DNA of 63,138 nt, counting the filler, from Rhabdomonas costata (lineage: Eukaryota), in assembly GCA_019059605.1 (NCBI GenBank). It is 31 parts of 31 records of this genome, joined end to end, with 100 filler letters (N's around TTAATTAATTAA, not from the genome) between each part and the next. Parts side by side here need not be neighbours in the genome. Positions count along the whole stretch, not along the records: positions 10,207 to 12,145 come from JAHMHO010007153.1; positions 12,246 to 14,185 come from JAHMHO010007154.1; positions 14,286 to 16,224 come from JAHMHO010007155.1; positions 16,325 to 18,266 come from JAHMHO010007156.1; positions 18,367 to 20,306 come from JAHMHO010007157.1; positions 20,407 to 22,346 come from JAHMHO010007158.1; positions 22,447 to 24,386 come from JAHMHO010007159.1; 24 more parts are not named here. One strand, 5' to 3'. The position numbers and the translations under genes were made by a program. Positions 11,826-23,208 of this stretch are shown in pieces (positions within the stretch are counted from its first letter, which is position 1; the number at the start of each line of letters is the position of its first letter). The notes under the pieces were generated by a model that saw nothing but the letters and a program-made list of their open reading frames with translations, made no database searches and was not told where the DNA came from.

Positions 11826-12619
11826 CGTTTTGTTTCCTGTGTTGAATTCAGATTGCTTCCCCTGAGAATGGCAGGACTCTGTAGAAAGTAGAGTTGTTGC
11901 TGGATTGTCTCGGTTCACGCACTTTTCTACTTGACTGAAGAGTCAATTTCTGCGTTCTTTCTGCTTGCTGTGGAACTAAGCCTAGAGCTTTTTTTAGAGC
12001 TGACGGCGTCTGGTTTTCATTTTTCGGCTTTCATGCCTTATTTGTTTGCGGTATGCTCCTGAACTCTGTCACTTGCTTGCGATGTTTTCCTACCGGTTTG
12101 CCAAATGCTGTGCTGCAGCCTGTTCCCCCCCCCCCCTTTTTTTTTNNNNNNNNNNNNNNNNNNNNNNNNNNNNNNNNNNNNNNNNNNNNTTAATTAATTA
12201 ANNNNNNNNNNNNNNNNNNNNNNNNNNNNNNNNNNNNNNNNNNNNGGTGGTTTTCCTTATCCGCTCTCGTTTCTGTTTGTCTTCCCTGGTGCTTCTCTCC
12301 TTTGTTCCTCATATTTTGGTTCCCTTTGCCAGGCCTCAATCTTTCTTTTCTTTGAGATCGCTCTGCTCACTGTTCCTGTTTCCTGTCATTTTGTTCCACA
12401 ATATAACTGCCGGGGATTGTCCGTGATTGTCGCCAACCTTCGTCTGTAGTTCACATCAGTCCTCTCACTCCAGTTCGCGCTCTCCCCTTTCTCTCTCCCG
12501 CGTCTTGCTGACATTCCCCTTCTCTCGTGCTGCACCGTGCGGCTCCTGTCCCGCCGCAAACTTTGGCAAGAGAGCGCAGAGAGTTCACCGACCTGTTTAC
12601 CCATTGCTGTTCCCCATAG

Positions 12620-14185
12620 CGTTTATGTCCCCGGAGCTGATCACAGAGGGGCGGTTCGGCCACAAGTCCGACGTGTGGGCCTGCGGGTGCACCGTGCTGT
12701 GCATGCTGGCAGGCAACCAGGCCTTCTACAGCCACCTCAGCAGCCCAGCCGCTCTCCTGTACAACATTGGTGGCCACCACACACACACACACACACTCAC
12801 TCACTCACATACACGCAAGCAATTGTATGAGTACACCCAGGGAATTTATGCAAACACAAGCGACAAGCACATCCGCAGAAAAAAAAGACATGGACGGAGA
12901 AATAGCAGCCCTCATCAGCCGCGCCCAATGTGCACATCACGGAAATGTCATCCGTGCCTCGAATTGGTGATCAAGATCCGACGAGATGAGTGCACACACC
13001 ACAATCGTTTTGAAGTGTACCCACTGATACACCACTTGGTGGCTTTGTTACTTTTAACTCCTCTCCTTCTTATAGAAAAGTAGTGGTCTCGAAATATTAG
13101 CCGTGACAATTTTACAATTCTGGCATTCGAGGAATAACATTTGGAATGTTACGAGACCGTTACGACCCTCACCGACCCCGCCCCCCTGGCCACTGGTCCA
13201 GTGCGTTTGTATTTCCACTCACCGCCATCCCTTCGGTTTCCCTTGCAGGGCAAGGCTTTGCCAGGCCCCAGATCCCAACGTGGTGCTCGCAGTCCACGGT
13301 GGACTTTTTGAACCAGTGCTTCACAGCGGACTGGAAGGACCGCCCTGACGCCACCGGTCTCCCCCCACCTCTGCGATTTCCTTAAGCACCAAAGTCTAGG
13401 GACGTGTTCTTCAGTGGTGTTTTCGGACGTGTTCTTAGGTGCTGTTGGTTTACCGCACTTCTGTGTTCATGTCCTTTCGCCAGTCTCTCTGTGGGCCGAA
13501 CCAACCTCGGTGACCGAGTGCCGTTACCGATGGTGCTTGTTTCTATTGGTCGCGCATGCTCCGAAGGTCCTCTGCACCTCTTTGTGCAAGACCCCCAAAT
13601 CTTTGGTGCATTCTGCTGTTTCGCTTCTTTCGGAAATGGTGGGTACGAAGGTTCGGTTTGACCTTGCTTCGCCAAGGAGTGGCACTTGGCTTTTTGCCAA
13701 GGCTGCTGCGGCGTGCTATGGTTGGGGTAAGTGTGTGGGCTCCCCGTTCACGGGTTTCTCTCCGCCCTTGCGGCGGTGCAGGCTGCCGTGCTGGGGTGCT
13801 TGAAGGACGGTGTTAGAACTTTAAAGGACCGTGTGCAAAGCAGAAAACCGAACTACCTTTTTTTAAGGTGACATTCCTGCGTTTCACTCAGCAGGTTTGG
13901 TACCCTGACGAAGCTTTGCTGTTTTTCTGCTCTTTCTTGGTTGGTGAAAATCCGTCTAAGAAGGGGAAACCTGTCTTTCAATTCACTGAAAGCACAAGCG
14001 AAGTTTCAGAAAGGGGGCAAAGAAGCGAAGGGTCCATCAAATCTCCTGCCAACAGACCTCCTGGATCACCAGTTCATCGTCGAGCCCATCACGGCGCCTG
14101 GCACCCCCCCGATGGGCGACGGCGACGGAGGGGGGCTGGGCTTTGGCCCGCCCCCCTTGCCCGCGCTCTCCCTGCACACCCCAAC
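12620..14185 (+). CDS. Ser/Thr protein kinase (STE/MAP3K-like), subdomains VIII-XI; exons 12620-12769, 13249-13356, 14056->14185
   Basis: FMSPELITEGRFGHKSDVWACGCTVLCMLAG..AALLYNIG / QGFARPQIPTWCSQSTVDFLNQCFTADWKDRPDAT / DLLDHQFI; all phase-1 GT-AG introns. Confidence 0.9.
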
Positions 14186-14669
14186 NNNNNNNNNNNNNNN
14201 NNNNNNNNNNNNNNNNNNNNNNNNNNNNNTTAATTAATTAANNNNNNNNNNNNNNNNNNNNNNNNNNNNNNNNNNNNNNNNNNNNGTGTTGGGTGGTTTG
14301 GAACAGGCCGTTGGAGGGGTTGGGGCGACGAGACGTGTGGTCTGCTGCTGGTAAATGTTCGTTGCCTCTGACGCTGGTACGCAAAACATGGAAATGAGTT
14401 GTTTGCAAGGTTCAAGGTTTCTTGAAAGGTTCTGCTGGGGTATATAGTAAGATTTTTGTGGGTTTTTGATGCCCGAAGAGTGGATGTGTGCTGAAACGTA
14501 GAAGGGTGGGCTTTTTCCGTTGGCTCAGGTTTGCTTTGCTTCTTTAAAATATCCGAGGCTTCGAATTCCAAAAAGGTGTTCTCCTTTCATCCTTGTGTGT
14601 ATGCGTGTTGGGGGGGGGGTCAGTTTATATTCAGCGAATGGTGTGTTATGGCAATTCTCGCTTCTTCAG

Positions 14670-15815
14670 GCCTCAGGCTCACAAACATATGGAGTCGGAG
14701 TACAAGTTTGCCAAGCTGGGCTTTGAGAAGATTGACGTTCGGCGTGACAATCGGCTCTCGTACGCACAGCTTGCAGCGCTGGGTACCATCCCCAACTCTC
14801 CTGCTTCATTTCCCAAAAGTTGATGCTGGGCGTTGTTTGCAACGTGTACCCATATGTTTATGCCACTTTGTGGCTGCATTTGCTGGCTTCTGTATCTGAT
14901 TCCATCTGAGCGTGATTGTTCCACTGGTGTGTATCTGCGCGTGCCGTTTGTCACAGGGTACATGGTGAAGCGCAATGTTGACCTCCACGGCTTCAAAAGG
15001 ATGGACAAAGACCATCTGGGAAGCCTAGGCATGTCCCCGAACGTTGCTCGCCAGTTGTATCGTGTGCAGAATGCTCCGTAGCGGTGTATTTCTATGCCTT
15101 TGCATCCTTTCTGAATGGTGGTTGCTCTCGAGTATCCCCTCAAACGCGCACGTACACGTGAAAACAAGAGAGCAAAAAGGGGACGGCGTCAGTCAAAAGA
15201 AACCCATAGAATGATTACACTCACTGCGGTGTGATTCTCACTTCCCCGCGCTCCAACGCCCTCCTGTGCCTCCCACCGCCCAACAAGAATTTGTGTGATG
15301 GCTATTCACTTCTTTTTGAAGACCTGGGGGCTGGGGGGGGTGCTGCTTCGGAAAATAGGATAATATGGTTACATGGTAGAAGTGCGTGTGGTGGTGGTGG
15401 TCGTAGTTGTAGTCGTAGTCGTAGTCGTAGTCGTAGTCGTAGTTGCTACTAGTTTGCTGACCTTTCCATTGTGTAGAGTATTTGTCAGTCCCTTTGTTTA
15501 CCCGGAGGGCAAATTGCAGCCAGCCCGGCTAGCATTAAATTGTAGCAGCGAGCGAATCCCCAGGCGCTGGAGGGGGGAGGGGGACGGGAGGGATTTACTT
15601 ATCTTTGTATTCTAATTTCCTCAGGTTTATGTCTCGCATTTCATTTACGTTTTCATTTGTATTTGCGTCGCGGAAAGTTTTTCACTTCTTTTCTATTGTT
15701 CTGTAGAGTGGCCTCAGGTGTTGCGGTGCTTGTACGGGATGACTCGGGCAGAAGTTCGCGAGCACATCAAGCTGTGGGGCCCTCCTCACGTCCCCATTCG
15801 GCCCCAACTACCCAG
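14670..15815 (+). CDS. EF-hand pair protein, exons 14670-14782, 14957-15028, 15707-15815 (second intron GC-AG)
   Basis: Two EF-hand-like loops, FEKIDVRRDNRLSYAQL and FKRMDKDHLGSL|EWPQVL. The second is complete only with the GC donor at 15029. Confidence 0.7.
15387..15444 (+). repeat. Intronic (GTG)n + (GTAGTC)n microsatellite
   Basis: Read directly; it explains the spurious poly-Val and RS ORFs. Confidence 0.9.
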
Positions 15816-16506
15816 GTGTGTTGACTTGTGTGTTTGTGCGCGCGCACGCGCGAATTTTTATTCTTTTTTTCCTGTGAAATGACCTGGATTTTTCAACCCA
15901 AGTTTGACGTTGGATGATTGTTTTGGTGTCTGTTTACGCAACCCCCAACTCAAACCTTCTAAGTGGTGCTGAGCAGCAAACCCGTAGGCACACACACATT
16001 CCCAAATTAATGAAACCCATTCTCCTTACTTTAGCTGAGATTTTTAGGGCGCTAAAGTTTTGCCAGGTTTGCCTCGTGGATCCTCGTTTTGCTACAGGCG
16101 CATCCCTTTCTCACAAATGCAAGCCAGCAACCCACAGGGAGCTGCGACATGTTCTTTAGGGGATGATCGTTTTGCATTCTCAGCCCCACCCAATATTGTG
16201 GATCTCGTAGTTACGCCCACCAACNNNNNNNNNNNNNNNNNNNNNNNNNNNNNNNNNNNNNNNNNNNNTTAATTAATTAANNNNNNNNNNNNNNNNNNNN
16301 NNNNNNNNNNNNNNNNNNNNNNNNGGGTTTTTGTATTTCACCACTGGCACCCCTCGCAGGATCACACTAACACAGACAGGTATACCCTCTCCAGGAGGTT
16401 AGACGCGCCGCCGACCCCACATCCAGAAAAACTGCCAAGTTTTCTTTTTCCCCGGGTCCTGCACTCAGCCGCCAAGCGAGGGGTGCCAGTGGTGAAATAC
16501 AAATAC

Positions 16507-17973
16507 CACTAGAGTACAGCCGATCAAAGAACTCCAGCGACACTGCGGTGCACTTGAGACTGGTGAACTTGATGTTTCGCACCTGTCCGTAAAGGAAGTT
16601 CCAAGCGTGCGGAAATGCAGCGTGAGTTCCTTGCACAACATCTCACAGCAGGCTGAGCGAGTTGCTATTGAAAAGAGCAGTGAGGCATCAATTAATCTGT
16701 TGTATCCGACACCCGACGTGACGTCTGCTTTTGGTAAAGGCAGGGTCACACACAGTGGTCAGAGAAGCATGGCACAGTGGGTGCAAAGGGATCCCCGAAC
16801 ACGATTATAGCCAAGGAGCCAATTCGAGTCCTGTCTCGCCGCACCATCCTCGCGGCTGCCATTGGCAAAAACGGGTGCGGGCAAAATGCAATATTGAAAA
16901 GGAGAGGCGGAGCGCAGACAGGAACAACGACATCGCCTTGACGGAATATGGCAGTATAATCTGATTGTCTGTTTTGTGCCGACCCCAATAGTTGCCTGTG
17001 CCGCAGTGCCGTGACCTTCCATACATCCACCTTCCATAGCATTATTGTTCTTCTTTTTAATTCAATGCACAGTCGCAGCGTTGCAGAAACCTGTGGTTTC
17101 TAAGAGGCAAAACAGAAACATCTCCACAGTGTCACACACAATCACACAAGAACCTTTCCGGAGAGATGCAATGAGCCACCGTTGCGGTCACACATCTGAA
17201 AAATATAAGCAGGGCACCCATTGAGGTTTCGGTAGAGGGGTGAATGGTCTCCAGCAACCAAGACAAATGCTAAGCCGGTGTCTCTCCGGGGGAGAAAACC
17301 ACCCAGATTACATCTGAACCCCTGTTGAACGCAGAAGGTTGTGGAGGGACTTGGTGCGTGAAGGCGCATGCCATGATGCACTGCTGAACGTTGGGGTCGT
17401 TGAAGAAGTCAGAAACGAAGGCGGGTGCCTCGGAACGCAAGAACAGCTTGTCGAAGCGGAACCGGGCGACCTGGCTCCGAGTGATGTCCCTTCAGACAAT
17501 ACAAAAGTACAATACAAGAGAGAAGGAACCCAACACGCGAATCTCCCCCCAATAAATTTAGAGTCTTTTTGCCATGCCATATAAGAAAATCCCGAAAAAA
17601 TTCTCTCTAGGCAACTGCCCATCCTCCTGCGCCACAGGGGCAGCCTCAGCCTTCTCCGTTCAGCACCTCACCACCTCACCGTTGAATAAATTTGAGCAGT
17701 TTATTAACCCTAACCCCACCCTAACCCCGAAAAAAGAAATACGGGCATTCAGTGTTTAGCAAAAGAATTCAGGGAACAATCTGTCTGCCTTCATTAAAAA
17801 AAGACACCCCCTATCCTCCGCCCACATGCATTTATCCCGTCGTACCACCTGATGAAGTTCTTTCGGACCTCCTCGCCGTGCATCCCGGGGAAGGGTACGG
17901 AGGACACCTCAAAGGTGTATTTCTCAGGCTCCGAAGACGCGCCCCCAGGGGCAGGGGACGACACGGCAGCCAT
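16507..17973 (-). CDS. CFAP300: Cilia- and flagella-associated protein 300 (C11orf70) homologue, 5' part; exons 17973-17846, 17489-17372, (possible unresolved exon), 16582-16507
   Basis: MAAVSS..KYTFEVSSVPFPGMHGEEVRKNFIRW / DITRSQVARFRFDKLFLRSEAPAFVSDFFNDPNVQQCIM / VRNIKFTSLKCTAVSLEFFDRLYSSG matches the remembered CFAP300 pattern (F.F..KW..FSFD..F..FFND..V..V.CT..SM.FF.RL). Confidence 0.8.
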
Positions 17974-18366
17974 CGGCGGGGCAAAGAGAAAGGGTATAAA
18001 TGAGCACAGAAGTCTTTGAGCAAAGACCCCCAGTGCATTCATCGAACGACCGGTAACAAGAAATATGGGGCTTGCCTGCAAACTGCCGATCCCAACAATT
18101 CAATTTCCCTTAATGATAAGCAGCAAAGCTCCGATCATTGGGGCCCTGCAAAGCCCACCTTGAAGAACCACAGAGAAGAGAAATGATGTTCGGCAGCAAT
18201 TGGAGAAGACGAATAGTGCGAACGTGCGCGCTCAGAAAAGCTCTGAGAACGTCGAAACCCGAAAACNNNNNNNNNNNNNNNNNNNNNNNNNNNNNNNNNN
18301 NNNNNNNNNNTTAATTAATTAANNNNNNNNNNNNNNNNNNNNNNNNNNNNNNNNNNNNNNNNNNNN

Positions 18367-20046
18367 TGTGGGGGTGGAGGTGCAGGTGACGGTGGGGGTC
18401 CGGCTTGGGGTGAGGGTCTTCGTGATGTTGGAGTCGATGGTCACATCCCCGGTACCCGAGGGATAGCTGCTCAGCTGGCCAGTGGTAGTCACTCTGGGAA
18501 GAGTGCAGGTGTGAATGCCACGACCAGGATGCCAGATGAACCAAAATAGGCCCAATGGGGGCAACGGTAACAGAAACTGGCTATTTTTTTCTTCAAAATT
18601 TACCTAAAAACGGAGTCGTAAAGTATGTCAGCACTCTCGAAATGACTTCATTTTGTGTAAGGGGGTTAGGTAAGTACAGGTGGAAACCGTTACCAATCCC
18701 CCCCATCCAACTTCCACCGATAAATAAAATAAAACCAGATTCATTGGCTAATCTCCTCGCTTCAGAGAAAGAGACTCACCGAACCCGAATTCAATCAAAA
18801 ATACAAAACTAACATTATCCTACGACCAGCTCGAGGAATACCCAAACAATTGACCCGTATAATGGGGTATTATATAACCATTATGATGTTATAGCGTATG
18901 AAGCAATTATACTCCTCGTATGGGACTATCAGGGCATGATGATATAACAAAGGGCGGAACGGGGGGAGGGGAGAAAAGGGAAGGGGGCACTTACTGCACT
19001 CTCCAGGGCCCGCGAGCGCCTGGGGGAACCGTGAAGTTGCAGGTGATGTATTGTCCATCAGATTTGACCAGGGAGCCTGGAGAGTAACAGTAAGGCTCTG
19101 GACCGGAGTTGCTGGTAGGGCTGAAGGAGACCACATTGTCCGTGTTCACGAGGGTGTCGAAGTTGCTGCCCCAGATCGTGATGGTCTGCATTCGTGCACA
19201 CACCAGGACCAAAAGGAGTCCAAACATCATTTCAAACACTCACTCACACACGGAGACTCATGAACTCGGGTCGATTCCATCATTGCCAGCGGACCGACAC
19301 CTCGATCCACCCAAGCATTTAATCACTCAACCCCAATAAAGCACTCCTACCTTTCCATTGTGGCAGTCAACGGCGTTGGTGGCAGTGTAAAGGTCGAAGG
19401 GCCACGCGCAGCTGCTGGCACTTAGCGTTCTCACAATAGGGGCAGAAGCTGCATGAAAGCAAGAAAAAGAATAAGTGGGCAGAACACCAACGCCGCGAAG
19501 TGATTGCGGCTGGAATCAGGAACGGAGACAGTTTTCCTTGAGTCAAACGAAAAGGCAAACGGATGCAACACCTGCAACAACTTTCACGTTTACAGTATTG
19601 GTAAGGCTGACGCCACCAACGGCGACGGAAGAGGTCCATGTGCTTCCATCAGAGTCCCTATAAACTAGCAGGGCACACGTAAACCATTTCCCCGCAGAAT
19701 CCACAGAGCAGGACGTGCAATTCGGCACACACACGGGCGCAGTTCCAACACTGTGAAAGACAAAACAAAAACATGACGGAAGTATGCTCGCAAACTTTCA
19801 CCAAGCAGTTTGAGAATATAATTTCAAGAAAAATTGCTTGTATCAAAAAGCCATCGTTTCCTCGTAACCCCTCCCCTGCGGCGTACCCGCTGACGAATGT
19901 GACCGTGTTCTTCGTTTTATCTGCAGTGTTGAAGATGGTGGCGTCCGCGGTGACGTTGACCAACTGCAAGCCTGGGCAAGAGCTGGCCGTTGTTGAGGGA
20001 TTCCCGTTGCAGGTGCCTTGCGTTCCCACAAAGCTGACGTAATTTG
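18367..20046 (-). CDS. Surface protein with two tandem IPT/TIG-like domains and a Thr/Pro/Ser stalk; exons 20046-19887, 19750-19572, 19448-19351, 19185-18995, 18493->18367
   Basis: Five phase-consistent exons. TITIWGSNF..NVVSF..DGQYITCNFTVPPGARGPWRVQV parallels the preceding NTVTF..AGKWFTCALLV..TWTSSVAVGG. Ends in TLTPSRTPTVTCTSTPT. Confidence 0.8.
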
Positions 20047-20406
20047 CTGTGAAAAAATGAGAAGGAAGTGAAACGCGAAAAATGGACCCACCATCAGGCG
20101 TGGTTTCTGGTTCCGCTGAGTGTTCTCTGTCCCTCGGGGTTGCTCTTGGTGCCATCGTTCTCTCGCTTATCGACGACCTCCCAGTTTTCACAGGTATCCG
20201 TGAAAAGCCGGCTGACACACACAGTTTAGTGTTGGGAGAGGGGAGAGTATGCCCAAAGCCGACCTGCGACCAGGTCGCTAAAACCTACTGTAGGGGACAA
20301 AAAAACNNNNNNNNNNNNNNNNNNNNNNNNNNNNNNNNNNNNNNNNNNNNTTAATTAATTAANNNNNNNNNNNNNNNNNNNNNNNNNNNNNNNNNNNNNN
20401 NNNNNN

Positions 20407-20671
20407 TTTTGGGTGGTGCCGTGCGATTGAGGCGGGAGGCCAGAGCACCGGCCAGGCCCCGAGCAGCAGCGCCAAGTCCGTCGGAGAGGGAGACCAGTAC
20501 CAGGCGGTCGGGGAGGGTCAGGGAAGAGGGCGAGCTGGAGGCTGCAGCGCGCAGGGAGAGGGCCTCAGACACGCCCCGGGCAAGGAACAGCGCGGGCGCA
20601 GGCAGCAGGAGCACCGCAAAGGCGGCGAAGCAGAACAGGCGGGAGACGTTCTCGCGGCAGCAGAAGCTCAT
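20407..20671 (-). CDS. Probable first exon of a secreted or membrane protein
   Basis: ATG 20671 after a pyrimidine-rich tract; MSFCCRENVSRLFCFAAFAVLLLPAPALFL hydrophobic N-terminus; GC3-rich. Confidence 0.45.
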
Positions 20672-21317
20672 TTTAGGGGCGACGAGTCCGAGCGAAGAGA
20701 AAGAGGGAGAGTGTGATGAAGAAAGAGAACGAAAAAGAGAAAGAATCAAACACAAGAAAAGCGCAGTAAGGACAGAAGCAAGGGGCGATCAAACAGTTAA
20801 TGCTACAGCACAGGGGCGCGAAGCACTCTGCAGAAGCAAAAACAGCACAACAAATGCACCAAAAAACCTATGAAGTGAGCTGCTGTCATGGTGCGCATCA
20901 GGAAAAGCGCTGTTGTGGGGATGGTTGGGTGGTACAACGATCGCCGTGACCGAGAAACGGTTCATATTCTGAAAACAGAACTTTTAGCTCCGAACTAACA
21001 TCCGATGTGTCAAGGAAAATGTTTCGCTCCCATGTTCTTGAAGCAAAGAGCACACCACACAGTGCGGCAGCTTAAAACGTTTTTTATTTTTCTAGCCATC
21101 TGAGCTAGCGCCATGTGAGCATTCGAATACCGCTGATCAGGCACACGAGGTAGTGGAAGACCACAGGGGTACCATCCCGAACAAATGGAAACGTCTTTCC
21201 CGAATTCCGCATTTTCATCCCACACACACTGCCGCCACATTTCGACCTGTTGTTGAGTTCTCGCCTCCCTTTCTGTGAGTGCGGGGTCAGAGATCCCCAG
21301 GGGTTAGCTCTGGCCAC

Positions 21318-21944
21318 CCACAGGCCGCCCGAGATGTAAAGACCAAGATGTACCGACAGCGCTGGTCCTCGCGCAGCTTTATCCCCACCTCCTGAGTAGG
21401 ATCGGCCGCGCAGAACACCGCCACGGTGACTTGTCGGTTAGCTTGGCTCTGTCAACACACACACACACACACACACACAACACACAGAGAGAGAGACAAC
21501 ACTGTGAGCTTGGGTACGGATGTCGGTGGGCCGCTGAAAACCTGGAAGGGTCTCCTTTCATGAGTGCTGGTTTCTTCAGCAGCCACCGGCCTTGCCGGCG
21601 TCTGAAAGTTGTTCAACTGGGTTTTTTTTTACCATTTTGGCGTCTCAGCGTTGTATGTGCCTCGAACCCGTGGGGCACGCGGTGATTCTTCTCCTGTTGT
21701 TGGGTGAACCAGTACACAGCAGCTCATACCGAGAGCATTGGCATCTCCGCGAAGACACCCAAGGGCAACCGGCTTGGTACGCTGGACGTCCAAAAAAAAA
21801 GGGCAAAAAAACAATGTGATATGGAGCGTCCCATATAAAGCGTCCCGCGCCAACCTCTTCGCAGAACGTCCCGTCGGCCATCCAGGTCCGGTAATGAGCC
21901 TCCGTGGTCCGGGTCGCCGGCACCAGCTCCCACTTCCCAGTGGC
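21318..21944 (-). CDS. MRH (mannose-6-phosphate receptor homology; OS-9/PRKCSH-like) domain protein; exons 21944-21855 and 21448-~21318
   Basis: Phase-0 GT-AG join gives HYRTWMADGTFCEE|SQANRQVTVAVFCAADPTQEVGIKLREDQRCRYILVFTSRAAC, the G..C..R...V...C..E...C.Y.....S..AC pattern of MRH domains. Confidence 0.75.
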
Positions 21945-22626
21945 CTGACAACCCCCCACACACGCACACACGACTTTATCTTTGGGGAGGCGGTCGTCCG
22001 CCTTTTCGCCGCCAGTAAGATTGCAAACACTGTCGCACGCAGAGGTGAGTGATCGCGTGCTTTGTGCCCACACGTCCCCCAACACTACCTAATAAAGGAG
22101 AGGGGGAAGGGACTCCGGAATCCAATAAAACACCATATAAACCGTCCCACCCCATGGAACGTCCCAACTCATCTGCCCGCTCCGGCTGCGCCGCGGCGCT
22201 GGCCTTCGCACCAAGCTTGTTCCATTTGTCTGCCAAAGCCCAGCAACGACAATTCCGAAACTCCGCAGAAGCCAAAACCGTTTAGCAGTGCTAAACGTTC
22301 AGCGGAGTAAAAATTCAACTCCCCTCCCCCCCAAAAAAACTTTCATNNNNNNNNNNNNNNNNNNNNNNNNNNNNNNNNNNNNNNNNNNNNTTAATTAATT
22401 AANNNNNNNNNNNNNNNNNNNNNNNNNNNNNNNNNNNNNNNNNNNNTGTGGGGTGGGTTGACCGGCAAGCAGTGCCAGCGACTCACACCCATCCCTCAGT
22501 ATCCGTGAAGTGCCGAAAATGCACCGACACAGTGACCATGCTTGCCCCACTAAACTTGCCCATTAAGAGCACCCAACAGCGTTAAGTCCCAGGATCGGTG
22601 GAATGGGAGTGGGTGATGGAGGGCAC

Positions 22627-23208
22627 CTGCAGCCTCAGTTGCTTCTCCGCAGTGCCGTTGCTGCGGAGGGGAACGTGAACGACCAGGGACTCGTTCCAGA
22701 CCACAGGGATGTGCCACTGCTGGAAGTCGACCTGAACGAGAAGATGCAAACTATCTCACAAAAACTCCTTCGAAGGACGAAATTACATTCCGGGGCCCCG
22801 GCACACTTACACTCCACTGTACATGCTTCGGTTTGACGTGTATCGTGTATCGTCACGTACTACGTACTACCAGGGGGGAGGGAGCGTGTTACGTGCGACG
22901 ATGGATGATGCCTGAAAAAGGGCAGGAGATAAGGAATAATCGCTGGAGCTCGGTTTCCAACGTGATACTGTCAACTTCAGTTGCTGTTATTCTCAGAAGA
23001 TAATGAGCGAGGGAAGGAAAGGGTGACAGCGCAGAGCAAGAGAAGGGAGAGAAGGGATGCGCGTCCAAACCGACTGGGAATGCGTGGAGACAGGGGTGCC
23101 AGCGCCCGGCAGGAGAAGGACCACGGCCTGCGCCACGGAGGAGGGGAAGGGCGCGGTGTGCTTGGGCTGCAGGTCCCACGCCTTCAGCACCCGAACCCTC
23201 AGCATCCC
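22627..23208 (-). CDS. C2-domain protein; exons 23208-23071, 22731-22627
   Basis: GMLRVRVLKAWDLQP.. / ..IPVVWNESLVVHVP..KQLRLQ; C2 signatures LxVxVxxAxxL and PxWNE. Confidence 0.75.

Noticed and set aside
15231-15615. Poly-Val and RS-repeat ORFs
   Set aside because: Translations of an intronic microsatellite. Most other listed ORFs are likewise antisense or intron read-through.
16326-16507. 32-bp inverted repeat
   Set aside because: Contig-terminal fold-back with an A>T primer mismatch.
17705-17729. CCCTAA telomere-like units
   Set aside because: Only 2-3 imperfect units inside an intron.
21449-21854. Apparent non-canonical (euglenid/diplonemid-type) intron between GAGR and QVTVAV
   Set aside because: Resolved as an ordinary phase-0 GT-AG intron (GAG|GTTGGC..GACAG|AGC). 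No non-spliceosomal introns were demonstrable in the window.
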